From positions 1 to 27,504 of the IMG/VR virus record IMGVR_UViG_3300025875_000086: DNA of 27,504 nt. The stretch is one strand, 5' to 3'. The notes under the pieces are model-generated. The model had not been told where the DNA came from. It worked only from the letters and a program-made list of their open reading frames with translations, and searched no databases. This document shows, piece by piece, positions 9,277 through 18,500 of this stretch. Position numbers and translations under genes: made by a program. How positions within the stretch are numbered: position 1 is the first letter of the stretch; every line of letters begins with the position of its first letter. The DNA is from a virus (Duplodnaviria > Caudoviricetes).

Positions 9277-9824
9277 TGGAAGTGCCTCTCTCCGAGAGCC
9301 TTCCCTACGGAATCCGTGACATCAAGATCACGCCGGTGACGGCTGCTGGTGTCCTCGGAACCGCCGTAGACCTCCCGAACGCCCGAACCCTCAGCTTTGA
9401 AGAGGGCGAGGAGTTCGAGGAGCTCCGTGGTGACGACCAGGTGGTCGCCACGCGCGGATCGGGCCCAGCCGTGTCCTGGGAGCTGGAGTCCGGCGGCATC
9501 TCGCTGGAAGCCCTGGTCGTCCTGAACGGCGGTACGTGCCTTCTCTCGGGTGTGGCGCCGTCCCAGGTCAAGACCTACAAGAAGCTGGCGACGGACGCTC
9601 GACCCGAGTTCAAGATCGAGGGCCAGGCCATGTCGGAGTCGGGTGGAGACTTCCACACGATCCTCCACCGCTGCAAGTCGACCGAGGAAGTCTCGGGCGA
9701 GTTCAGCGACGGCGGCTTCTTCCTGACCGCTGCGTCCGGGTCGGCCCTGCCGTCCAAGACCACGGCCACCGTTGGCGAGCTGTACCGGTTCGTCCACAAC
9801 GAGACCTCGGTCAACATCACCTGA
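9276..9824 (+). CDS. Major tail (tube) protein
   Basis: LPYGIRDIKI, ELRGDD and acidic beta-rich ~180 aa, directly before the chaperone and tape measure. The start is ATG 9276 or GTG 9282. Confidence 0.85.
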   Translation: MEVPLSESLPYGIRDIKITPVTAAGVLGTAVDLPNARTLSFEEGEEFEELRGDDQVVATRGSGPAVSWELESGGISLEALVVLNGGTCLLSGVAPSQVKTYKKLATDARPEFKIEGQAMSESGGDFHTILHRCKSTEEVSGEFSDGGFFLTAASGSALPSKTTATVGELYRFVHNETSVNIT

Positions 9825-9855
9825 GTCTCGCCCGCCCACAGATAGGAGCACACGG

Positions 9856-10401
9856 ATGCCAACATCTGCACCTCGCAAGACCGCCGCTCGCAGCGGCAAC
9901 CCGGCCAAGCGCGCGGAGGCCGCGCCGATCTCGTCGGCCGGCTCGTTCAAGAAGAAGCGCCAGGCGGCGCCGGTCGAGCTTCCCTCGGGCGAGACCGTCC
10001 GGATCCAGCGGCTCGAGCTGACCACCCTGATCTCGGAGAACCTGCTCGGAGACGACCTCGGCGCGATCGCCCAGGACCGGATCAACTCCGGCAAGGGCAT
10101 CACCGAGGCCGACAAGGAAGCGTTCGCCGAGGACCCGGAGAAGGTCCGCGAGATGCTCCTGATCTTCGACCGGGTGACCATCCGGGTGTGGATGGAGCCC
10201 AAGGTTCTCCCGGTGCCCGAAGACGAGGCCGACCGCGACGAGGACCAACTCTACGTCGACGAGATCGACCTGGCCGACAAGATCTTCACCTTCAACTACC
10301 TGTCCGGAGGTGACCCGGACCTGGCTTCGTTTCGTCAGCAGTTCGGCGCAGCTCTGGAGGATCTATCAGCTGGCGAAGGAGTGGCACTGCCGGCCCAGTG
10401 A
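9856..10401 (+). CDS. Tail assembly chaperone (short form)
   Basis: ATG 9856 after TAGGAG; lies between tail tube and tape measure; EPKV...LYVDEIDLADKIFTFNY...DLASFR. Confidence 0.82.
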   Translation: MPTSAPRKTAARSGNPAKRAEAAPISSAGSFKKKRQAAPVELPSGETVRIQRLELTTLISENLLGDDLGAIAQDRINSGKGITEADKEAFAEDPEKVREMLLIFDRVTIRVWMEPKVLPVPEDEADRDEDQLYVDEIDLADKIFTFNYLSGGDPDLASFRQQFGAALEDLSAGEGVALPAQ

Positions 10402-10609
10402 CCTGCTCGACGTTTCCGACCCGGTAGCAGCGTTCAAGCTCGACGCCGCGGTCTCCCGGTTCGGCTCCGCGCTGCAGGCCGAGCTGGAGAAGGCGAAGGG
10501 CAAGACCGACAAGGCAATCGCAGCAGCTCAACAACGAATACTCTCTAAGTGGATCCCAGAAGCCAAGGCCAGCCGCAAGGGCAAGTTCAAGGACCCGGCT
10601 AGCAGATAG
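10331..10609 (+). CDS. Tail assembly chaperone C-terminal extension, probably reached by +1 frameshift
   Basis: +1-frame ORF overlapping the chaperone end, with no usable RBS/start of its own. Sequence LW...RPSDLL.V.D..AAFKLDAAV..FG; it ends 8 nt before the tape measure start. Confidence 0.72.
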   Translation, partial: FVSSSAQLWRIYQLAKEWHCRPSDLLDVSDPVAAFKLDAAVSRFGSALQAELEKAKGKTDKAIAAAQQRILSKWIPEAKASRKGKFKDPASR

Positions 10610-10617
10610 GCACAGGG

Positions 10618-13600
10618 ATGGCAACAAACCTCGGCACCGCCTCGGGCCGCATCGAAGTCGACGGCTCCGGGGCGGAGCGGGGATTCTCGGTCGCCCAGGC
10701 GGCGGCCGACTCGTTCTTCTCGGCGGTCAGCAACAAGGTCTCCGACGTCGAGAACGTCGGGCGCAAGCTCCAGGCCCTCGGGGCCGTGTCGGCCACCGGC
10801 TTCGGTCTGGCCGTCAACAGCGCTGCCTCCTTCGAGCAGGCCCTGGACGGCATCCAGGCCGTCTCCGGGGCCACAGAGCAGCAGATGGACGCCGTGTCGG
10901 CTGCTGCCCTGCGGATCGGTGCTGAGAGCGTCTACAGCGCCACAGAGGCCGCTGGAGCCATCGAGGAGATCGTCAAGGCCGGCGTCTCGGTCGAGGACGC
11001 CCTGAACGGCGCTGCGGACGCCACGGTGCTCCTGGCGGCTGCTGGAGGGGTGTCCCTGCCCGAGGCTGCCTCGATCGCCTCCAACGCCCTCAACGTGTTC
11101 AACCTCAAGGGCAAGGACATGGCCTCGGTGGCCGACACCATCGCCGGGGCTGCGAACGCCTCTGCGATCGACGTCGGCCAGTTCGGCATGTCGCTGTCCC
11201 AGAGCGGGGCCGTGGCGGCCCTGACCGGACTGTCCTTCAACGACCTGGCCGTGGCCATCGCCGAGATGGGCCAGGCGGGCATCAAGGGGTCCGACGCCGG
11301 TACCTCGATCAAGACCTTCCTGACCAACCTGATCCCGACCACCGAGGCCCAGACCACCGAGTTCCGCAAGCTCGGGCTGATGTCGGTCCGCTCGACCGGG
11401 GCCATGCAGAAACTGGCCAAGCTGGGCATCAAGCCAGCCAGCCTGGCCTGGGACGACGTCACCAAGGCCCTCGGCAAGTACGTCGAGGACTCGGGCGGCG
11501 CCGAGGTCGGGACGGCCAAGAACAACAAGGCGGCCCAGAAGCTCGGCCTCGAGCTGGGCGTGCTGAGCAACGAGTTCTTCGACGCCCAGGGAAACGCGAA
11601 GTCCTTCGGCGAGATCCAGGGCGAGCTGGCCGACGCGACCAAGGACATGACCCGCGAGCAGAAGCTCGCCTCTCTGGAGCTCCTCTTCGGGTCCGACGCC
11701 ATCCGGGCCGCGGCGGTCTTTGCCGACCAGGGGGCGGCCGGCTTCGACAAGATGGCCGCGAGCATGTCCAAGGTGACGGCCGCCCAGGTGGCCGCCCAGC
11801 GGCTGTCCAACTTCCGGGGATCGCTCGAGCAGCTCAAGGGCGCCCTGGAGACCGCGGGCATCACCATCGGCTCGATCTTCCTGCCGATCCTGACCAAGAT
11901 CGTCGACTTCCTCGCCCGGGTGGTCAACGCCTTCAACAACGCTCCCCCGTCGGTGCAGCGGTTCATCGCCATCGTGGTCGCTGTCGCCTCGGCAGCTGCG
12001 GCCCTGGTCGGGACCCTGCTGACCTTGATCGTCCCGCTGACCCTGCTGATCGCCAAGTTCGCCGGGCTGGCGGCCCTGAGGAGCGTCTTCTCGATCTTCA
12101 CCCGGGGCTTCGCCGTCTTCCGGTCCGGGGCCGGGATCATGGCCGCGGTCGGGGCGGCAGTAGCCCGGGCCGGGGTCGTGCTGTCGCGCTTCGGGGCGAT
12201 CGGCAAAATCCTGGTCGGGATCATCACCCGGATCCCTGCGTCGTTCCTGCTGCTACGAGGACTGGCCGGTCTAGTCTTCGGGCCCTGGGGCGTGGCGATC
12301 GCGCTGGTCGTGACCGCGCTCCAGCTGCTCTACCAGCACTTCGCTCCGTTCCGGGCCCTGGTCAACCAGGTCGGGTCGGCGATCAAGTCCGGTCTGGTCG
12401 CCGGGCTGAACGCGGCCAAGGTGGCCATCGCCCAGGTGGTCTCGGGCTTCCGGAGCGGGGTCACCGGGGGCAACGGGTTCGCCACCCTGATGCAGACCGT
12501 CGGCGCCGGCGCGCGGATCGTCTGGAACGCTCTGGTCCAGCTCGGGCAGGCCGTGACGGGCCAGCTGCTCCCTGCCCTACGGGCGGCCGGCGCCGTGCTC
12601 AAGGGCTCCCTGCTGACCGCCTGGGGCCAGATCAAGGCCGCCATGGCCGGGCTGGCCCCGGCCTTCCAGCAGCTCGGCGTGGCCCTTGCTCCCCTGGTGC
12701 CCTACCTGCAGCAGTTCGGGGCAATGCTGCTCAAGATCGTCGGGGCGATCCTGCTGGCCGCGGCAGCCGTGGTCGGCGCCCTGCTGTTCGGGCTCATCAA
12801 ACTGGCCACCCTGATCGTCGGCACCGTGCTCCCGGCCGTGATCCGGTTCGGCGCCTTCCTGCTGTCGGCCATCATCCCGGCGGTGACTGCGGTGGCGACC
12901 CGACTGATCTCGGTGGTCGCCGCCTTCATCACCTTCGCGGCCGGGATCATCTCGGCCTTCACCGGGGCCAGCCAGGCAGCCGGCACCGGGGCGGCATCCA
13001 TCGGGGCCGCCCTGACCTCGATCGGTGCCTGGTTCGTGTCGGTTTTTACCGCGATCCAGACCTTCGTGGTAGGAATCTTCACCGCGGTCTGGACCTTCAT
13101 CGTGACCACGGCGACGGCCATCTACACCGGGATAGTGACCGCTCTGACCGGGATCGGGACCTTCTTCACCACGGTCTTCACGGCGATCTGGACCTTCTTG
13201 GTCGGGATCTGGACCGCGATCTCGACGACCGTGACCACCGCTCTGACCGCGATCCAGACCGCGATCTCGGCCGGGCTCACCTTCATCTCCGGCATCTGGA
13301 CCGCCTTCTGGACCTCGAGCTTCGGGCTGCTGGTGCAGAACGCCTTCGGTCTGATCGTCGACATCATCCAGCTGGCCATGGCCCTGATCCAGGCCGCCAT
13401 CAACATCGGGCTCGCCGCCATCCGGGTGATCTGGGCCGTGGTCTGGGGCAGCCTGTCGGCCGCCGCGTCGGCAGCCTGGGCGGCGATCCGGGCCGTGGTG
13501 ATTATCGGGATCGGTGTGGTGCGCTCGGTGATCTCGGCCGGGATGGCCGCGGTGGCCGCGGTCGTGTCGGCCGCCTGGAACACCGTGCGGTCGATCACGT

Positions 13601-14472
13601 CGACCGTGGTCAACGCTGTGCGGTCCGTGGTGTCGTCGGCCTGGTCTGCGATCCGGTCGGTGACCTCCAGCGCCTACAACGCGGTCGCCTCCGTGGTGTC
13701 CTCGGCCATGAACCGGGTCCGCTCGATCGCCACCTCGGTCGCCAACAGCGTGCGCTCGGTCGTGTCCTCGGCATGGAACGCGGTGCGGTCGGTCACCTCC
13801 TCGGCCTACAACGCTGTGGCTTCGGTGGTCTCCAGCGCGATGAACCGGGTCCGGTCGATCGTGTCCTCGGTGACGGCAGCGGTCCGGTCCCAGATCTCCA
13901 GCGCCTGGAACGCTGCCAAGTCGCTGACCAGCTCGGCCTTCAACGCCATCGTCTCGACGGTCCGCTCGGCGATCTCCCAGGTCGGCGCGTTGCTGCGGTC
14001 GATCCGCGGAATCGTCACCTCGGCCTTCGCCGGCGCCGCGGGCTGGCTCCGGTCCGCGGGTGCTGCGATCGTGCAGGGTCTGATCGGCGGGATCTCGTCC
14101 AAGATCGGGGCCGCGCGGGCCAAGGTCAACGAGCTGACCTCCATCGTCAAGAAGGCCGCGGCGACCGCCCTCAAGATCGGGTCACCCTCCAAGGTCTTCG
14201 ACGAGTACGGCGCGTGGACCGTCGAGGGCTACATGGAGGGCGTCGACAGCCGGATGACGAACCTCAAGCGGACCATGGCCGGAATGACCGATGTCGTGCT
14301 CGAACCTCGGGTCGCGGGGATGGTTGCACCGGCTCCGAAACGCCGCGACGACGACGATTCGGGGGATCGGGTCGGGGGTGTGGTCCAGTACGTGACCATC
14401 AACAACCCCGAGCGGGTCCGCGACTCCAAAGACCTCGACAAATCTTTGCAGCTGGCGGCGGTTTTACAGTGA
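10618..14472 (+). CDS. Tape measure protein
   Basis: 1284 aa Ala/Gly-rich, TP901-type core (GIKGSDAGTSIKT, LFGSDAIRAA), 11-residue aromatic periodicity, C-terminal LKIGSPSKVF. Confidence 0.96.
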   Translation: MATNLGTASGRIEVDGSGAERGFSVAQAAADSFFSAVSNKVSDVENVGRKLQALGAVSATGFGLAVNSAASFEQALDGIQAVSGATEQQMDAVSAAALRIGAESVYSATEAAGAIEEIVKAGVSVEDALNGAADATVLLAAAGGVSLPEAASIASNALNVFNLKGKDMASVADTIAGAANASAIDVGQFGMSLSQSGAVAALTGLSFNDLAVAIAEMGQAGIKGSDAGTSIKTFLTNLIPTTEAQTTEFRKLGLMSVRSTGAMQKLAKLGIKPASLAWDDVTKALGKYVEDSGGAEVGTAKNNKAAQKLGLELGVLSNEFFDAQGNAKSFGEIQGELADATKDMTREQKLASLELLFGSDAIRAAAVFADQGAAGFDKMAASMSKVTAAQVAAQRLSNFRGSLEQLKGALETAGITIGSIFLPILTKIVDFLARVVNAFNNAPPSVQRFIAIVVAVASAAAALVGTLLTLIVPLTLLIAKFAGLAALRSVFSIFTRGFAVFRSGAGIMAAVGAAVARAGVVLSRFGAIGKILVGIITRIPASFLLLRGLAGLVFGPWGVAIALVVTALQLLYQHFAPFRALVNQVGSAIKSGLVAGLNAAKVAIAQVVSGFRSGVTGGNGFATLMQTVGAGARIVWNALVQLGQAVTGQLLPALRAAGAVLKGSLLTAWGQIKAAMAGLAPAFQQLGVALAPLVPYLQQFGAMLLKIVGAILLAAAAVVGALLFGLIKLATLIVGTVLPAVIRFGAFLLSAIIPAVTAVATRLISVVAAFITFAAGIISAFTGASQAAGTGAASIGAALTSIGAWFVSVFTAIQTFVVGIFTAVWTFIVTTATAIYTGIVTALTGIGTFFTTVFTAIWTFLVGIWTAISTTVTTALTAIQTAISAGLTFISGIWTAFWTSSFGLLVQNAFGLIVDIIQLAMALIQAAINIGLAAIRVIWAVVWGSLSAAASAAWAAIRAVVIIGIGVVRSVISAGMAAVAAVVSAAWNTVRSITSTVVNAVRSVVSSAWSAIRSVTSSAYNAVASVVSSAMNRVRSIATSVANSVRSVVSSAWNAVRSVTSSAYNAVASVVSSAMNRVRSIVSSVTAAVRSQISSAWNAAKSLTSSAFNAIVSTVRSAISQVGALLRSIRGIVTSAFAGAAGWLRSAGAAIVQGLIGGISSKIGAARAKVNELTSIVKKAAATALKIGSPSKVFDEYGAWTVEGYMEGVDSRMTNLKRTMAGMTDVVLEPRVAGMVAPAPKRRDDDDSGDRVGGVVQYVTINNPERVRDSKDLDKSLQLAAVLQ
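13618..13881 (+). repeat. Tandem 44-codon repeat inside the tape measure (11-aa sub-period)
   Basis: VRSVVSSAW(S/N)A(I/V)RSVTSSAYNAVASVVSSAMNRVRSI occurs twice in tandem, with degenerate copies on either side. Confidence 0.8.
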
Positions 14473-14484
14473 AATCTCTCGTGA

Positions 14485-14609
14485 CGGTAGGTTACGTAGG
14501 TTGTGTAGGTTTCTACTGTGACTTCTTACGTGCGCGTGTGCGCGCGCGTGCGCGCGGGCGCGCCTGCGAGAGGGCTTTTGGTAACCCCCGGAACCTACCG
14601 ATCCCCCAC
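14485..14609. repeat. Intergenic direct/inverted repeat element flanking an alternating purine-pyrimidine tract (origin-like)
   Basis: GTAGGTT x3 at 9-bp period (14487, 14496, 14505); 30-bp perfect YR alternation at 14527-14556; inverted copy AACCTACCG (14592-14600) complementary to CGGTAGGTT (14485-14493). Confidence 0.8.
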
Positions 14610-14632
14610 CCAATCCCCTCCGAGAGGCTGAG

Positions 14633-15565
14633 ATGCGCGAGATGATCGTCGACGGGATCCCGCTGCGGGATCCGCTGGGGGAGTGGTTCATCGACTACAC
14701 CCAGAGCAAGCTGGTCGCGGACGTGTCCCGGGAGTTCGACTCCGACCCGCCCTACGGCTACCACGGCAACCCCCAGAACGTCGTCGACGAGGCCTACTTC
14801 GGTGTCGGAACCGAGACCTGGGTGCTCAACGTCATCGGCAGCAGCAAGGCCGACTTCGAGGTCAACCTTCGGGGCATCCTCGGCCTGGTTCAGCGCCCCG
14901 AGCTCACCGTGCTCGGCGCACCCCAGTTCAGCGGGCTCAACGCCGGGTCGGCCCGGGTCGGCCAGACCTTCAACGTCAGCGCCGACCTGGTGACCCAGGC
15001 CAAGATGCGGATGATCGGCAGCCCGGCCAAGAAGCGCATCGGCCCCGACGCCATGGAGCTCACACTGATCATGGAGAACCTCTGGGCGTTCTGGATGAGC
15101 CGGGACTACTTCACCTCGGCCATGACCGCCCTGACCTCGGCCAGCCAGGCCATCGTGCTCGACTCGACGATGGCCGACAGCAGCTCCCCCGTCACCGACG
15201 GCCTGGTCCGCATCAAAGGCCCGATCGCCGCCGGCGGCTACGTCATCATTCAGGACCGGGCCAACCCCTTCCGGGCGATCCGCTACAGCGCCGTCACCGC
15301 CCTCGGAGCGAGCGAGTACGTGGTGATCGACATGGGCACCCTGGCCGCCCGTCTGCAGACGACCGACACCTGGGCCATGACCGGCGGTACCGACGTCGGC
15401 AGCCGCGCCACCTCGGCCGGCGACGGGGCGTTCTACATGCTCGGCGCTCTCGGCGCCAACTGGCCGGCCGGCCCCTACAACTACACCGTCACCTGTGTCT
15501 CCTCGGGCTACACCTCGGGGAGCACCGCTGTCGGGTTCCGAGTCCGGAGGTCTTACCTCGCATGA
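14633..15565 (+). CDS. Minor tail protein (distal tail/Dit-like)
   Basis: 310 aa, first gene after the tape measure, GAGAGG RBS, beta-rich, ends FRVRRSYL. Confidence 0.8.
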   Translation: MREMIVDGIPLRDPLGEWFIDYTQSKLVADVSREFDSDPPYGYHGNPQNVVDEAYFGVGTETWVLNVIGSSKADFEVNLRGILGLVQRPELTVLGAPQFSGLNAGSARVGQTFNVSADLVTQAKMRMIGSPAKKRIGPDAMELTLIMENLWAFWMSRDYFTSAMTALTSASQAIVLDSTMADSSSPVTDGLVRIKGPIAAGGYVIIQDRANPFRAIRYSAVTALGASEYVVIDMGTLAARLQTTDTWAMTGGTDVGSRATSAGDGAFYMLGALGANWPAGPYNYTVTCVSSGYTSGSTAVGFRVRRSYLA

Positions 15566-18500
15566 TCCAGAAGTACCGCTTCATCGCCTACTCGCCCTTC
15601 GGCGCCGAGCTGGGTCAGATCACCCACCCGAGCTCTTGGGGCTTCTCCTCGACCTACAACGAGATCTCCTCGTGCAAGATCAGCCACCGCGACGACATGC
15701 CCAACGCCTCACGGCTGCAGGGCATGGTCGAGCTCGGCGTCCAGTGGAGCACCGACGGCGTGACCTGGACCGAGCCGCCCAACGGACGCTTCCTGCGGAT
15801 CCAGCGGGCCCGGGTCGTCCGGGGCAAGGACAAGGTCCGCTCCTACACGATGCCGGGGATGGGCCATCTCCTCAAGAAGGCCGAGCAGCGCGGGACCGCC
15901 AACCTCAACGCCGACGGCAAGCGCCCGTTCAACAGCGCCAACGCCGGGACGATCATCAAGACCCTGTTCGACGAGAACAAGGCCTGGGGCGGGTCCTGCG
16001 TCGGCCTGACCATCGACTTCACCACGACCACCGACTCCTCCGGCGCGGCCTGGAACAAGGTCATCACGATCGCCTACGAGCCCGGGCTCGACCTCTACAC
16101 GATCCTCGACAACCTGGCCAACCAGGGGATGTGCGACTGGTACTTCCAGGGCCGGACGCTGCGGATCTTCAACACCTCCTACCTCGACGTCGCCCGTCCG
16201 GTCAGCCTGTCGGCCGGGGTCGACGTCAACGGGATCCCGGTCGAGGCCTCGATCGACGGGCTCGTCCACAACGCCATCGTCTACGGCGACGCCGGGGCCA
16301 AGCTGGAGATCAACTCCTCCTACTCGCCGCCGGTCTACTGGGGGAAGTGGCAGACCTCGATCAGCAACGGCGGCGTCTCCGACACCGGGACGATGAACAT
16401 CCTCGCCGACCAGCTGCTTCACGACGGCTCGGCCGAGAAGGTGCAGTACACCCTCGAGATGGTCGTCAAGAAGTCCACCATCGAGCCGTTCCGCGACTTC
16501 GTCCCCGGCAACCGGATCACCGCGCCCAACGAGGCCGGGGACTACGAGCTGTTCCGCATCCCCCAGATCAACGTCGAGCGCAATGCCGCCGGGAAGATCT
16601 CGGTCAGCCTGATCGCCAACGACCGGTTCGTCGAGGCCGAGATCAGCCGCATCAAGCGGGTCAACGGGATCACCGGCGGCGCTGTGGCCGGCGGCTCCGG
16701 CACCCGCCCGGCACCCGCAGAGCCCGGCAAGCGGGTCCCGGCCACCCCGGTCGGGGTCACCCTGGGCTCCACCGTGGCGATCAACGAGGCCGGCTTCCCG
16801 CGCGCCGTGGCCACGGTCGACTGGGCCGACGTCACGACCGACGTCTCCTCGGTCGCGCTCGACATCGACTTCTACGAGGTCCAGGCGTTCCTCGGCTCCT
16901 CGACCACCCCGGAGTCCTGGGGCGTCTCCGCACAGAGCGTCCTGTCCCGGGCCGGGCTCAACCCCGGGGCCCAGTGGTCTGTCCAGGTCCGCGCCGTCTC
17001 TGCGACCAACGTGCGCGGCGCCTGGTCCAGCCCCAAGGTCACCGCGACCATGCAGACCGACACGACTCCGCCGGGCGTGCCGACGGCGCCCATCGTGACC
17101 TCGGTGCTCGGCACCGCGACGATCAGGTGGGACGGCAAGGCCGCCGGCGGCGCCACGATGCCCGCCGACCTGGACTACGTCAAGGTGTGGCAGGAGGGCG
17201 TCAGCGCCTACATCGACCGGATCGAGCCCGGCGGGGGCTACACCACGGTCGGCGGTCTCACCCCGGGCACCGCCTACCAGTTCCGGCTGTCGGCGATCGA
17301 CAAGTCCAACCCCGGCAACGAGAGCGCCAAGACCGCCGCGGTGTCGGTCACCATCGTCTCGGCCGCCACCGACGCCGGGATCCAGGCGCAGCTGGACTTC
17401 CTGCAGACCGAGGTCGAGCAGGACGTCGGCACCCAGATCACCACGGCGACCAACGGGATCGCCAAGATCATCTACTCTCCGCTCGACCCGTCCGGCACCT
17501 ACCCGACCGGCTCGACCTGGTGGAAGCGCGGCTCCGGCAACCTCATCATCGGCCAGTGGGAGTACAACGGCGGCTGGGTCCCCAAGACCGTCGACTCCGC
17601 GATCATCGCCAACCTCGACGCCGGGAAGATCAGCTTCGGCGAGATGGACGGCATCCGGATCAAAGCCGGCACGATCCGGACCGGAGCCCTGGCCGTCGGC
17701 CTCGGCCAGAACCAGGTGGCCGACCCGGTGTTCGGCGACCCGACGATCCGGGCCAACCGGACCGCCAACGGCTGGACCTACAACTCCGCCAACCGGACGT
17801 TCCAGAGCACGGCGGCCAACGCCCGGTTCTCGCTGGCCGCCGGCGGCCCGTCCGACGCCTACTCCGACCTGATCCAGGTCGTCCCCGGCGAGCGCTGGTA
17901 CCTGTCGGTCATCGCCCTGTCGACCAGCACCAACACCGTGACGTTCTCGATGCAGGGCTACGACCAGGGCGGCGCCCAGAACGCCTCGCTGTCCCTGAGC
18001 TCCTCGGAGGTGATCCTGCCCAACGTCGCCGAGACCGTCTACGCGATCTACACCATCCCGGCCGGGATGTACTTCATGAACGTCGGCGTCGTGTTCGCCA
18101 CCGCCGGGACCAACCAGGTGAGCCAGCCGGTGGTCAACAAGCAGACCCCGGCGGTCATCATCCAGGACGGCGCGATCACTGCCGACAAGATCGCAGTGAA
18201 CGCCGTGACCGCTAACGCTGTCAGCGCCGGCTCGATCGACGGCATGGTCATCACCGGCCCGACCATCCGGACCGCCCCGAGCGGCTCGAGGGTGCAGTTG
18301 GACACGACCGGCTTCCGGGTCTACTCCGGGACCACCCTCAAGGTCTGGGCGGCCGGCTCCACCGGCCAGCTCCGGGTCTACGCGACCGGCGACCTTTCCC
18401 ACACCTCGACCGGCCACGGCTTCCAGATCGGCGACGACGACGGCCCGAACCTGGCGTTCGATGCGAACGAGATCATGTCCCGGAACGCCGGCGACTACAG

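Noticed and set aside
13000-14000. Repeats in the tape measure gene as a novel repeat system
   Set aside because: 11-residue Trp/Phe-periodic repeats are an ordinary feature of tape measure proteins.
14683-15561. N-terminal 293 aa of the 1531-aa ORF
   Set aside because: It overlaps the distal tail gene in another frame and reads as junk. The real start is ATG 15562, which has a GGAGG RBS.
15495-18215. 906-aa alternative + frame ORF, and similar Arg/Pro/Gly-rich ORFs (187-816, 3504-4676, 26389-27063)
   Set aside because: Off-frame translations with typical R/P/G/H-rich composition caused by the scarcity of stop codons in GC-rich DNA.
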